Positions 1 to 12,100 of a stretch of DNA of 64,000 bases are shown here, in pieces (within the stretch, counting starts at the first letter, position 1; every line of letters begins with the position of its first letter). The notes beneath the pieces were generated by a model. The model was not told the origin of the DNA. It saw only the letters and a list, made by a program, of their open reading frames with translations, and made no database searches. This stretch comes from the human T2T-CHM13v2.0 reference genome, Homo sapiens. The position numbers were made by a program, and so were the translations under genes. Where the stretch lies: positions 23,488,001 to 23,552,000 of the forward strand of contig CP086569.2 of the NCBI GenBank assembly GCA_009914755.4, in the 5' to 3' direction.

Positions 1-282
1 GGGTTAATCTTTTTTGTTTGAGGTGTTTTTTTTTTTTTAATAATTGAGGAGTTTTCAAGGAATTTGAATAATAGAATTTGTGTTTGATCCCTTAATGGAA
101 GGCGTGTGTTCAGTAAATGTCTCAAATTTGGTATTGTGAAAGACGTGTTCATTTTAGGAGGAAAAAAATTTGCTTTGGGAGAAAATATCTAGAATTGAAC
201 TATAGTTGATGTAGAAATGTTTGTAAAATGTGCTTAGGTTTAATCTTGCCAACGTTATTGATAGTACTCTTAATACTTTTAG

Positions 283-460
283 TCTTTGGATGGAAAAGAA
301 ATAAAAGTAGAACAAGCAAAGAAACCATCTTTTCCAAGTGGTGGTAGGCGGAGACCACCACCTTCTTCAAGAAACAGAAGCCCTTCAGGAAGTCTGAGAT
401 CTGCAAGAGGAAGTAGTGGAGGAACAAGACCGTGGCTGCCCTCACATGAAGGACACTTGG
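283..460 (+). pseudogene. RBMY-like exon encoding [59 protein letters not shown]
   Basis: Acceptor AG at 281-282 (ttttag) and donor gtaatg at 461. The peptide matches the RBMY1 region [55 protein letters not shown]. Confidence 0.85.
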
Positions 461-1244
461 GTAATGTTCTAAAATATAAAGATGGAACCATAGGACTGAA
501 AGAAAATAAGTTTGAAGATATCAAAATTTCCCAATTTTATTTATTTTGGGAAATTTACTCATTGGTAAGAAGTAATTTTCTTATTGATAAGAAAATTAAC
601 TTATTGATAAGAAGCAAAATTATTTCTAAGTACTAAAGGTGTATTATAAGAATGATTGCACTAATATCTAAAATTTGTTTTAAAATTGTAATAAGTTTGC
701 ATTGAAATAACACAAATTTCAAACTGAATTGAGTTTATGAATGCTGATTGCCTGTACTCAACAGGTTTTCTGAAGAACTCATTTATATTAACTATACTTC
801 ATAGAGTTTTCTACTTTGGGGCCCAGAACTTCATATCAGTTGTATTATCAAAATACAATGGAATATTTAAAACTTTCCAACAGGAAAAAAAGTAATTCAG
901 TACTTAGGATTGATTTTCCAATATTTGTTTTTTTTTGTGTATACATGTGCAAACATGTATGCAAATCTATTGCTTTGTAATTTTCATATGGAGAGTTTGT
1001 ACATTGGCCTGCCATAAAGCATTTTCAATTTAAGAAACGTAGAACTTTAATTTCTAAAAAAAGTCTATGACTCTGGAAAGGACAAAACACCACTGCTTCA
1101 CAGATATGTATGTATCTTTCTTGCTGGAAGGTGAGTCACTGAAAATGGTATTTATGAGTGATTTACACAGTAGAAATGAGGGGTCAATTTCTACATAAAA
1201 AAGAAAAACAAACTATGTATTTAAAAATATATATATATATTGGA

Positions 1245-1527
1245 TGGGGGTGGGCGAGGTGGGTCACGCCTGTCATCTCAGCACTTGGGGAGTATGGGGT
1301 GGGTGGACCAGGAGGTCAGGAGTTCCAGACCAGCCTGGCAACCATGGTGCAAACTGTCTGTCCTAAAAATACAAAAAATTAGCTTGGCATGGTGGCACAT
1401 ACTTCTAATCTTAGCTACTCGGGAGGCTGAGGCAGGAGAATCACTGGAACCTGGGAGGGAGAAGCTGCAGTGAGCTGACATAATGCCATTGTACTCCCAC
1501 CTGGGCAATAGGGCAAGAGTCCATCTC
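1245..1527 (+). mobile_element. Alu SINE, followed by a (CAAT)n tail at 1527-1550
   Basis: Dimeric Alu consensus motifs (ggtcaggagttccagaccagcctggc..., gggaggctgaggcaggagaatcac..., gcagtgagctga). Confidence 0.9.
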
Positions 1528-2395
1528 AATCAATCAATCAATCAATCAACCTATTGGTTAACATATTATCTATTAACCAACCTTCAAAAATCGATCTTTA
1601 ATTTTGTGTTTTAATGACCAGATGTGTAATTAATTGGAGATGTGTTTTTAAAGTTGAAATTGCAGTGTTTGCTGCATTTTACGATGCATAGCTTCATGGT
1701 AATTTTGTCTCCACTGATCTTGAGGGTGAGATTCAATAATACTCTGCCATGTATGAGAATGTGCGTACTCTAACCTGTAACACCACCTAGTAATTGGCAT
1801 ATATCTACAGATTTGTAGATATATAAATATTTTTATATTATTTAATAAGCAATTCTTAAAGATTATTAAAATTTAGCATAGTCTAATCTGAAAATTAGTG
1901 TTTCACAAGGAAATTGTAAGAATTCTATACTATGTTAACAAATTTTAGAGATAATATATTTTCCTGATGTGTCACCTTTTGATATTGCAAATATTTGAGT
2001 TTCTTTGAATGGAATTTAGTTTATCTTTTTGATATGCTTTGAAAATTTTTCCTCATAATAGAATGATATAAACAGTCATTTATCATTTTTTAATATTTTT
2101 TCTTTATGTATATTATACTTAGATATTTTACTGATAGATTTCTGCTCCCTGTTCACTCCCCATTTTTCCCACATCTCTCTCTCACACCAATATATTATAA
2201 TTCTTGAGTTTCCTTCTAGATTTTCTAAACAGACTTTTATTGCTTGAATTGTACTAATTTCATATAGAAATGTTAATTTTATTAGTTTAGACAAATGTGA
2301 ATTTGTAACATTATAATATGTAGAAAAACAACAAAACTTAGCCATTCAAGAAACAGTGATGCTAGTTAACTAAAATGATTTTGTTTGAAATACAG

Positions 2396-2548
2396 ATGAT
2401 GGTGGATACGCTCTTGATCTCAACACGAGTTCTTCTAGGGGAGCCATTCCAATTAAAAGAGGTCCATCTTCACGAAGTGGAGGTCCTCCTCCTAAAACAT
2501 CTGCTCCTTCTGCTATGGCAAGAAGCAATAGTTGGATGGGAGGCCAAG
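2396..2548 (+). pseudogene. RBMY-like exon encoding (L)[51 protein letters not shown](G)
   Basis: Acceptor tacag at 2391-2395 and donor gtaaat at 2549. Phase 1 joins to the previous exon to give HLDDGGY. The peptide matches RBMY1 [52 protein letters not shown]. Confidence 0.85.
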
Positions 2549-2954
2549 GTAAATGCTACCTGATAAAAGACCATATTTTTTGTATGACTAAAAATGAGCT
2601 ATTTTAACTGGATTCTTAAATTTAAGTTCATTGAACAAAACAGAAGTGACACATCATTGGGCATAATTACTGATCAATAGCTTTTATTATACTTTCTATC
2701 TCACTAGGTACACTCAGATTTATGTTGAAGAAATACTCGAGCTTCTCACTGCAGTTGAAAGAAGTGATTAGAGTGAGGCCAACATTCCTCTTAATCCTGT
2801 GTTTGCTAGATAATTCCCCTTAATTTTTCTAAAAGTCCCTAGCAGTATTCTTTGATGATAGGCTTCTTCTTCTAATGAATTCTTCCATTTCCTAGGTCCC
2901 CTGGTAGTGGTCCCCTGGCAAGCCAATTGAAAAATTGCTTGTTCAGTTTCTTTA

Positions 2955-3135
2955 TTGGGTTGGAGTCTTGCTCTTACCAGGTCAGAGTGCATTGGTGAAA
3001 TGATGGCTTACTACAGCCTCAAAATCCTGGGCTCAAACAATTATCCTGTTTCAGCCTCCTGAGTTGCTGCAACTACAGGCATGCACCACCACACCTAGCT
3101 AATTTTTTTTTCCTGTATTTTTGTAGACAGAGGAT
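2955..3135 (-). mobile_element. Alu fragment covering about half an element
   Basis: Reverse-complement Alu motifs (cctcctgagt.gctg..actacaggcatgcaccacca.acctagctaattttt). Confidence 0.75.
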
Positions 3136-4555
3136 GTCACTACATTGTCAAAACTGACATAAAAGCCAGCGGCTCAAGCAGTCCAGCTGTCTCTGCCTTC
3201 CACACTGACTCGCACTGTGAGCTGCTGAGCCTGACCATCCAGCTTCTGAGACCTCAATAATGTTTATGTGCAAGGCATTCTTACTGCTTCTATGAAGATT
3301 CAAAAGAACTACAAGAGCATTTAGCAGAAAAGGAGTCACTGGGCTTACCTATTATTTAAAAATAAAATCAAGTCTTGAAAGGTAGACATGAAGGAGTCCA
3401 ATATTCTTAAATTAAGTGGATATCATAGAAGTGCAGAGATGTGAAATATAAGGTCATGTAAATCAATAATTAAGATTTTACCGGGATGTTTAAACATTAA
3501 CACAAGATCCTTAGCGTAAGACTGGAAATTATTTGAGGAGAGAATTTAGAACTAAGCAACCTGAGGTGAGCGGTAGGATTGAATAGAAGTAATATTTTTG
3601 AGAAGGAGAATTGTTAAGATTGCAGACAGAACAGAAGAAAGCAAGACAGTAAATAAAAGTTCTTAGCAAAGAAGTTTAGGCAGAACAAATTAAAATTCTT
3701 ACTTAGTCCTCCACCCCAATATGGAGGAAATTGAAAACTGCTGTTTTCAATTTTACATTTCATATGTAGAGTATCGGTGAAATTAGATATTTATTGACTT
3801 CAGCATACATAAGCCAACACATTTCCATTGGAAAATTAGCCAGTGAACATATCATAGGTGAAAGACTGACCTCTAAGGAATAGCACATAAAGAGTATATT
3901 AAAGGAGAACATTTTCTATTTTGAAATAGCAACAATGTCGTAATGACCCCTTTAACAGGATTGCTTATTGCAGTAAAAGTAAATCTTGGCCATCATTAGA
4001 AAGTTTTCACTAGTATATTTCAATTTGTCAACATTTAAGGTAGAGCCAACCACTTAGAGATAAAGAAGACCTTTTATGTAAAAATTTAGCATCCAATCAT
4101 TCAAAGGTAGCATCATTTGTGTGTGTGAGGTGGATTGAACAACATAGGAAAATTTACCTTCTTCAGCTGAGAAGGGACAATGGATGTAAACTTAAAAATC
4201 TGTGAAGAGTTTGGTGCTTTTACATGTCTTCCCTGTATCATTGGTAGTCATCAGTAATTCATATGAAAGGAAAAACAATAACTAACTAGTTATTTACCAT
4301 TACAGATGAACTTTTACCTAAGAATTAATGTCTGTCTTCAGCTCTGTTAGAAGAACTGGCCTTGCAGTAGCCATGGGATTATCCAAAGCCATAAGAAATA
4401 TTCACAGTGTCATGACTTTCTAGTAATTTAGGGAATGAAAAATGGAGTCATAGTGGAGTCATAGAAGAAATAATTTTAAAAAGTTGTTTGAGAGAAGAGA
4501 AAATAGTATTTCGGATTTGCTGTTCTTTCCCTGTTTCATCATTTTAATATTAAAG

Positions 4556-4670
4556 GTCCCATATCACGTGGAAGAGAGAATTATGGAGGTCCTCCATGCA
4601 GAGAGCCAATCTCTTCCTGGAGAAATGACCGTATGTCACCAAGAGATGATGGTTATGCAATTAAGGAAAG
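4556..4670 (+). pseudogene. RBMY-like exon encoding (G)[37 protein letters not shown]
   Basis: Acceptor ttaaag at 4550-4555 and donor gtaaag at 4671. The peptide matches RBMY1 [38 protein letters not shown]. Confidence 0.8.
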
Positions 4671-5539
4671 GTAAAGAAAATATTTTTTAGAAGTTGATTT
4701 TTTTTGTTATGGTGATGAAATTCACATAATAAAATTAAATATTATAAGGTAAACAGGTGGCATTAAATACATCCTGTGTTGTGCAGCAGCTAACTCCATC
4801 AAGTTCCAAAACATTTTCATGACTACAAACTAAAACTCCAGCTACCAGTTAAGCAGTCCCTTTCATTTTCTTCCTTCCCTCAGCTACTGGCAAACATCAG
4901 TCTTTGCTCTGCCTCTGAACTTACATGTTGTGGGCATTTAATGTTAATGGGCTTATACACTACATGACTTTTTGTATCTGTCTCCTTTCCTTTTGTATCA
5001 TGTCCCGAAGTTTCATTTACATCATAGCACTTAAATCCTTCCACAAGCGGTTAACCCATTATTTTATTTGGGTTGTTTCTACCACAGTATTTCTATGCTC
5101 CAGTATTTGTTTGAGTACACTTATTCAATTCTGGGTGTATATATAAATGGAATTGCTTGGTTCTGTAATAATTATGTTTGTTTTCTTGAGGAAACACCAC
5201 ATGTCTCCATAGCAGCTGCATCATTTTCCCTTCCAACTAGCATTGTATCAAGGTTCCAATTTATCTTCACCCTCTCAAACACTTGCTATTTCCTGCTTTT
5301 TATTGCCATTCTAGTGTGTGTGGGAAGTATGGTATCTCACTTTGGATTTGAAATGCTTTTTCTGAATCACCGATTATGAGTATCTGTTCCATGTGCTTTT
5401 TGGGCATTTGCCTATTTTATTTGGAGAAATATCTGTTTAGATGTTTGGCCTTTTAATTTTGTTTAAGTTGTAAGTTAGTTATGTTTTGGATACTAGAAGT
5501 TGAAAATTTAATATTTGTTGTTTAAACTTATGCCCACAG

Positions 5540-5650
5540 AAATCATCCACTTTCCCGAGAATCTAGGGATTATGCTCCACTGTCTAGAGACTATGCATAC
5601 CATGATTATGGTCATTCTAGTTGGGATGAACATTTCTCTAGAGGATATAG
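5540..5650 (+). pseudogene. RBMY-like SRGY-box exon (111 bp) encoding (R)[36 protein letters not shown]. This is the only SRGY box present.
   Basis: Acceptor cacag at 5535-5539 and donor gtatt at 5651. It is closest to the fourth SRGY box of RBMY1 ([36 protein letters not shown]). No other SRGY-like exon is detectable in the 870-bp upstream intron. Confidence 0.8.
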
Positions 5651-5732
5651 GTATTACAACATTTCCTGGACTTGTCAAATAGAATTCTTAAATGGTTCAT
5701 TCTGACATTAAGAATTTTTTTTTTCAATTTAG

Positions 5733-5820
5733 TGATTGTGATGGCTGTGGTGAGGTGATGTTAGAGATCATTCTGAACGTCCAAGTGGAAGTTCTTATAG
5801 AGATGCATTTCAGAGATAGG
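5733..5820 (+). pseudogene. RBMY-like exon (YHDGYGE...RDALQRY equivalent) carrying a 1-bp deletion that shifts the frame, plus an in-frame TAG at 5817-5819
   Basis: Acceptor caatttag at 5731-5732 and donor gtaagg at 5821. The exon is 88 bp, where collinearity with RBMY1 (gat ggt tat ggt gag gca ctt ggt aga gat cat...) predicts 89 bp. The DNA reads gat ggc tgt ggt gag gtg atg tt aga gat cat tct gaa cgt cca agt gga agt tct tat aga gat gca ttt cag aga tag g. Confidence 0.7.
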
Positions 5821-6232
5821 GTAAGGGTCCGGGATGGATTTGTAAATTATAGAATTGTGTTTAATAGACCAGATCGTTATTTTAATGAAATTCTAAGGAA
5901 AATTACGAGGGACAAATATAACATGTCTAAATATTGAGTATTCTTAACAGAAGAAAGCATAGGGAATGATATGAAGGTGAGAACTTCAGTTCACGTTCAG
6001 AAAATGTGACTCAACTTTTACTTTAGAATTAAATTTGTTAAGCTTCAAAATAACTTCTCTTACACTTCTTATTAATAAAACCTTCTGATTATTGCAGGCA
6101 TAATTAATATCCTGTCGACAAAGACAGAGGAAAGTAGATATTTCCAAATAGTACTTTAACTTAATCATGCTTTAGTGATAGCAGTAATAATGTTTAAATA
6201 TAGTCCAACATATTATTTTATCAACCCTGCAG

Positions 6233-6750
6233 GGTCCCCTGCAGGGACCTCTCATGGTGCACCATCTGCAGGAGTGCCTCTGTTGTCTTATGGTGGAAGC
6301 AGCCACCATGATTATAGCAATAAATGAGATAGATATGGCATAAGTCGGGAGAGTTACTCAAGGAGCTGTGGTGATTTTTATTCCCGTGATTGTGGGCACG
6401 TTGACAGAAAAGACCAAAGCAATCTACCTTCTCTGGATAGGGTACACCCTGCTCCTTGTGAAACATGTGGTAGCTCAAGATATTTGTCATCTACAGGAGA
6501 TGGTGGGGAAGGTGGATCTGACAAAAGAGGCTGAAGCAGATATGAAAGCAAGTATTCAAATAATAGTTATTGCATACTAAACCTTGTTTGCAAATCGAAA
6601 ATTGACCTGTTATTTCTGCATTGTTACCTGCGTCTTACTAAAAGAAACATGTATGTTTTGTGGAGAGAGGTAGATACTAACTTCCTCCATGAATTTTTTG
6701 AGGTATTCAAAGGAATTTTATTTCCAATAAATAAAGGGAATTTTATTTCC
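6233..6750 (+). pseudogene. RBMY-like terminal coding exon plus putative 3' UTR. It encodes [70 protein letters not shown]..., with a premature TGA at 6325-6327. AATAAA motifs lie at 6726-6735.
   Basis: Acceptor ccctgcag at 6225-6232. The peptide matches RBMY1 [66 protein letters not shown]. A 12-bp tandem duplication (cccctgcaggg x2) adds GSPA at the exon start. The 3' boundary is not determined. Confidence 0.6.
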
Positions 6751-7477
6751 AAGTAATTTCATACTAGCTAATGCTATTTGAAAACTATCTGTTTAGATGT
6801 AATATCTACATTAAAATTTTCAGAATAAAATTTTACATGTAATGCAAAATGCCTAATGTTTTTGCTCAGCTGCACATGCTTAAAAGCAAATTCAATAAGA
6901 GAGTAAATTGCATTGTTTGTTGAACATTTTCCTTTATTTCTTTGAACATAAATAGATACAAAATTAGGCATATGTTATGTCTCCCTTGCAAGCTGCACAA
7001 GTTTTCTAAATAGGCTGTTTCTCTTTAAAAACTTACAAGCTTACAATGTTTGAGTAGTCTTCAGAAAGACTACAAGACTCTCTGCCTCACCATATGTTTA
7101 TCCTTTAGAGGAATAGTACAGGTCAAAGGAAATAATTAGATGTGGTTGATATTAAAATTTAAGACATCCAGAACATTCTACTTGAAGCATTCTGTGACTG
7201 AAGAGGGATAATGCTAATGAAAACTTTTTTTTACCTAAATGAAAAGTGAACCAGCTAAGTTTCTCAAGTGCATAGCATAATGAAATTAAATTTTCCTAGT
7301 TTAAATGGTGGAAAGTAAGTGTTTGGTCTTGGGAGGTAGTCATGTTATTTTTTTCTTAAAAGTTTTGACAATGGTTGTTGTAAGTCATGGTGTAGTAATA
7401 AGTTGTTACAAATAGGAATAATCTAGAGTGGTTGGAATTTTATCAGTTTTTTGTTTGTTTGTTTGTTTGTTTGTTTT

Positions 7478-7750
7478 GAGATGGGATGTAGCTTTGTCAC
7501 CCAAGCAGGGGTGCAGTGGCTCCATCTTGGCTTACTACAACCTCCACCTTCTGGGTCCAATCTATTGTCCTGCCTCAGCATCTTGAGTAACTGGTATTAG
7601 ATAAGTGTGCACTACAGCTGGCTAATTTTTTGTATTTTTAGTATAGACAGCGTTCCACCACACTTGCCAGCCTGTTCTTAAAATCCTGATCCACCCTCCT
7701 CAGACTGCCAAAGTTCTAGGATTACAGGCATGAGCCACCACTCTCAGCCT
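7478..7750 (-). mobile_element. Alu SINE preceded by a (GTTT)n repeat at 7448-7482
   Basis: gagatgggat.tagctttgtcacccaagcaggggtgcagtggc ... gattacaggcatgagccaccac. Confidence 0.85.
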
Positions 7751-8236
7751 ATCAGACTTAATTGGTTATATGAATGGAAGCACTTTCAACCTCATACTTT
7801 TGGGAAGTGAAGTGTATAAAACAAAACAGCAGCATAACATTTCAGACAGGGGATTGCTTAAAGGTTTAATAAATCATCAAATGGTAAAAATAAAAAGATT
7901 TGGACTTAAATAACTAAACCAATTAATTTTTCTGATTATACATTGTACAACCTAAAGAAATGAAATACATGAAGTTCCAGAAGTTTTACAATCCATAATT
8001 CTTACAATTAACAGACTAATCTGCAATGAGGAAATATTTTCTTGATAAAATTTTGACAACATCTTCAATTTCTATAGGTAAGGGTGCAAATAATTTTAAA
8101 GGGAGAAGTTACCAACTTGGATTTTCAAGTGAGTTATTTGTGTTATGAAGTTGTGTTTTCATTCACCTACAATGTAGGATTGTGAGGATGAAGTGAAAAA
8201 ATAAAACTCCCTAGTCTTATGTATCTTACTGCCCAT

Positions 8237-8520
8237 GTGTGACGGCTCAGGTTTTGAATTCCAGCACTTTGAGGCAAAGGCTTGCTGATCACTTTAGGTC
8301 GGGAGTTCCAGACCAGCCTGGCCAATACCATGAAACCCCATCTCTAGCAAAAATATGAAAATTTGCTGGGCATGGTGGTGCACACCTGTAGTATGTTACA
8401 GTTAATTGGGGGGCTCAGGCAGGAGAATTATTTGAACCTGGGAGCCTGAGGCTGCAGTGAGCCAATATTGCACCATGTACTCTAGCCTGGGTGACAGAGC
8501 GAGACTCCAAATCAAAAATA
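8237..8520 (+). mobile_element. Alu SINE
   Basis: ccagcactttgaggc..ggtcgggagttccagaccagcctggccaa... gcagtgagccaatattgcacc. Confidence 0.85.
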
Positions 8521-8589
8521 ATTATATAAATCTACAAATATGTAAATAATAAATAAGGTATCCTTCATTTCAAGCATTTATTCTTTGTT

Positions 8590-8897
8590 TTTTCTTTTTT
8601 AGACACAGGGTCTCCCTCTGTTGTCCAGCCTGGACTGCAGTGGCACCGTCAAGGCTCACTGCAGCCTCGAACTCCTTGGGTTCAAATGCACAAGCCTTCC
8701 ATTTCAGCCTCCCAAGTAGCTGGAATTACAGACACACACCAACCACCGTGCCCAGCTTTTGTGTTTGTGTGTGTGTGGTAGGGACAATGCTTTGGATATA
8801 TTGTTCAGGCTGGTCTCAAACTCCCAGACCGAAATAATCCTCCTTCCCTGGCTTCCCAAAGTGTTGTGATTATAGCCGTGAGCCACTGAGTCTGGCA
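8590..8897 (-). mobile_element. Alu SINE with an internal (GT)n run at 8756-8776
   Basis: tttttagacacagggtctccctctgttgtccagcctggactgcagtggcaccgtc ... ccgtgagccactg. Confidence 0.85.
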
Positions 8898-9743
8898 TAT
8901 CTTTTCTCATTATGAGCGACATTCCACCTCACTGAGTCTGGCGTATCTTTTCTTGGTATCAGCGACATTCCACCTTCGCTCTATTAATTATTTTGAGATG
9001 TACAATAAATCATTATTAAGTGTAGTCATCCTGTGCCACTGAACACTAGATATTATTCCTTCTAAGCAAGTATAATTTAACCCACCCCCATCCCCTCTTT
9101 GATCCCTCGCTTACCAGTTCACATTACTTGTATCAAAATATCACATGTATGCCAAAAATACCTACAACTTTTACGTACAAATTTTTTAAATAAGTAAAAA
9201 TTAATAAAAAAGGGTATCTCCAACAAAGTGATAAAATAGGAGGCTCTAATTTGTTCCTCCATCCACAAATGCAACAAATAAAGAGCCACACCCACATCAA
9301 TTCCCTATGAGATAAACTTACAAACAAGTTGGGATACTCTTGCATGTAGGGTTATGAAAATACTTACTTAAAAAAAGGTAAGAAAAACTGAATCATGATC
9401 TTTTTCTAGCGTTTATCTCTGACACATTGCCCTAGAATCAATAGGGAACTGTTATTTCACAGCTTCTCTCAGAGAACTGAAGTATTAATCCACATATGTA
9501 AAGCCCCAGCTGTTAACAGCTGCTTCTCAATGAAATGATTCCTCACTTGCCTATCTCTGGATTCTAACACAGACTGGCATTCATAACTCTCCTAGGACCT
9601 CCAAGATAAAAGAGGGATTTAAATAGACATTCAAGCACTTCTGAAACTGTTTCCTCCTGGCTTACTGGATGTCAAGCAGTCAAGAAAGCTCAGCTCCCAC
9701 TTTGTACCTCAAAGAACTTCTATTGTACATCTAACGTCTTGAC

Positions 9744-10010
9744 TTTTTTTTTTCTTTTGAGATGGAGTCTTGCTCTATTGCCCAGGCTGGAGTGCAATGG
9801 CACGATCTCGCCTCACTGCAACCTCTGCCTCCCAAGTAGCTGGGATTACAGGTGGCTGCCACCATGCCAGGCTAACTTTTGTATTTCTTAGTAGAGACAA
9901 GTTTTTGCCATGTTGGTCAGGCTGGTCTCAAACTCCTGACCTCAGGTGATCCACCCACCTTGGCCTCCCAAAATGCTGGGATTACAGGCGTGACCCACCA
10001 CATCCAGCCA
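9744..10010 (-). mobile_element. Alu SINE
   Basis: poly-T, then gagatggagtcttgctctattgcccaggctggagtgcaatggcacgatctcgcctcactgcaacctctgcctcccaagtagctgggattacagg. Confidence 0.9.
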
Positions 10011-11020
10011 TGTCTTGACTTTTATAGCTTCTGCCCAGGTATCTTGCTTCTAACCCTCCTGACTTTTGTATCTGTCAGGGTCCTCTGAGAGCAGGCACGT
10101 AGGCATTTCTCATCAGTCTTCATCATCACTCACTCTAGCAATATACTGAGCTTCTAAATTTTCCTTCCAAGAAGTCAAACTACCCAACTATTGCCCTGAC
10201 TTCTCAGGGTGATGACTAAGATTTTGAATACCATCTTGCCAATCTCGGGAAGCTAATGAATCCCAGCTTTTTGTAATCTCGAGATTCTAAAGAGGAAAAA
10301 GGATTGTTTTGTGAAAACTCAGCATGATTTTTAAACTTCCCTATTCATATAGTTTGAACATTTGTCCCTCCAAGCCTCAGGTTGAAATGTGGTCCTCCAC
10401 ACTGTAAATGGCACCTAGTGTGAGCTGTTTGTTTGTGTCATGGGGATGGATGCCTCATAAATGGCTTGGTGCCCTCGCCATGGTTAATAAGTGAGTTTTC
10501 CGCTCTATTAGTTCCCACAATGCAGCTTACATCCAAATAGGTTGTTGAGAAGTGCCTGATTACCTTCTCCCCTTCTCTCTCTTGCTCTCTCCACATGTGA
10601 CATGGCTTATTTCCTTTTACCTTCTGTCATGAGTGGAAGCCTCCTGAGGTTCTCGTCAGATGCAGATGCTGGCACCACAGATCTTTTACAGCCTGCAGAA
10701 CCAGGAGCCAATGAAAGATCTTTTCTTTATAAATTTTCCAGTCTCATATTCTTTTATAGGAACACAAAGAGACTAAGACGTGTATCTCTGGCTGGTAACT
10801 TGCCTATATCAGTAAGCAGTGGAGATCAGCATTCACTATTTCTTGTGTTCCATACGGGACAAAGAGGTGGTTTTCAGAGGTCCCATGAGCTCTTCCTTAT
10901 ACCCAACCCTTGGATTGCTCTACCTTTCAGCTTCTCCATGGAAGCACCCAACCTTTTAAACTCCTCCCTTAGGAACAGTATTTTGTTGTTGTTTTCATTT
11001 TTATTTATTTGTTTGTTTAT

Positions 11021-11316
11021 TGAGATTGAGTCTCACTGTGTCACCTAGGTCGGAGTGTAGTGACATGATCTCAGCTCACTTCAACCTCCACCTCCTGGGT
11101 TCAAGAGATACTCCTGCCTCAACCTTCTGAGTAGTAGCTGGGACAACAGGCACATGGCACCAGGCCTGGCTAATTTTTGTTTTGTTTTGTATGTTTAGTA
11201 GAGAGGGGATTTCACCTTGTTAGCCAGGATGGTCTTGACCTCCTGACCTCATGATATGCCTGCTTCGGCCTCCCAAAATGCTGGGGTTACAGGTCTGCGC
11301 TACTGTGCTCAGCCTG
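11021..11316 (-). mobile_element. Alu SINE
   Basis: gagattgagtctcactgtgtcacctaggtcggagtgtagtg ... cccaaaatgctggggttacagg. Confidence 0.85.
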
Positions 11317-11339
11317 GACCAGACTTTTAACTTGCCTGT

Positions 11340-12100
11340 TTCTAGGGTCTGATGCGACAGAACAGGCATTCTGTGACTCTACTAATTCCCACCCTCTCTG
11401 CAAAAAACCTCAACTCACAACTATCCTTAGATACGGACACCTGAGTGAATGATTCTATAGCTTGGGATTGGATCTCTGACACATTTTTTTGACTGTAGAA
11501 CTGAGAATAGCCACACAGATAGGATAAAAGAACAGTTTTAATTTGATGCTTTTTCTCCTCCCCAAGCCAGCACAATGTTGCATACAAAAAATTCCCCTGA
11601 ACTCAAGTTTCTTCACAGAGGAGAGCGTTGAAGATGTACATTCTGTCCTTTCTTTTCCATTTTGCAATTCGTCACATGAAGTTCTCTCTAGTCTTACCCT
11701 GTGGGAAACAGTGGGGGTATCGGACAATGGCGGTCAATTAGAAACAAAGTACATGGATGGGGCTCACAGTGACCATAACAGTAATCTTACTCATGGCTTT
11801 GCATTCCAGCCAGCAGAGTTGCACCATCAGAAAAACTAGGCAACAGCATCATTCTGCAGCAACCAAACATGGTTAATGGGTCTGCCAGGCTCAAATCACT
11901 GGCCAACTGCCAAATCCCACCCTGGTTTTCTCTGCAAAACTTCCAAGGCTGTGACAAAGAGGCAGCTTGGTGATTATCCACGGAAGGGTCATGTGACCCC
12001 ACCCATTCCCAGCTGCCATACTTTTGACCATCCTAGCCCTGTGTGCTCCACCCATCCCCAGGCTGAAAAGCAGAGGCAATTTAGTGGTTAAGGATGAAGT
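11340..12100 (-). mobile_element. possible ERVL/MaLR-type LTR relic
   Basis: Weak resemblance to MaLR/MLT LTR internal motifs when read on the minus strand. It is not an Alu or an L1. Confidence 0.2.

Larger units (their letters stand above)
283..6750 (+). pseudogene. RBMY-family (RNA-binding motif protein, Y-linked) gene copy, 3' portion only; the RRM exons lie upstream of the window. It has a single SRGY box, a frameshift and two premature stops, so it is probably an RBMY2-type pseudogene.
   Basis: Six + strand segments flanked by AG acceptors and GT donors translate to peptides that align collinearly with RBMY1 protein: [43 protein letters not shown]...[77 protein letters not shown]...SYGGS...YSN..DRYG.S.ESYS.CGDF. 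Exon phases connect correctly (HL|DDGGY, QG|PISR, SRGY|S). Confidence 0.8.

Noticed and set aside
286-636. ORF 286..636 (116 aa) as a complete gene
   Set aside because: Only 283-460 is exon. The rest reads through the GT donor into the intron. The start is an alternative-codon artefact of the ORF caller (TTG). The real structure is a spliced RBMY-like exon.
10602-11048. 148-aa ORF 10602..11048 and similar ORFs overlapping Alus (for example 14249..14689, 31744..32073, 40980..41507)
   Set aside because: They run into or through Alu elements and are typical Alu-derived ORF artefacts with no conserved protein similarity.
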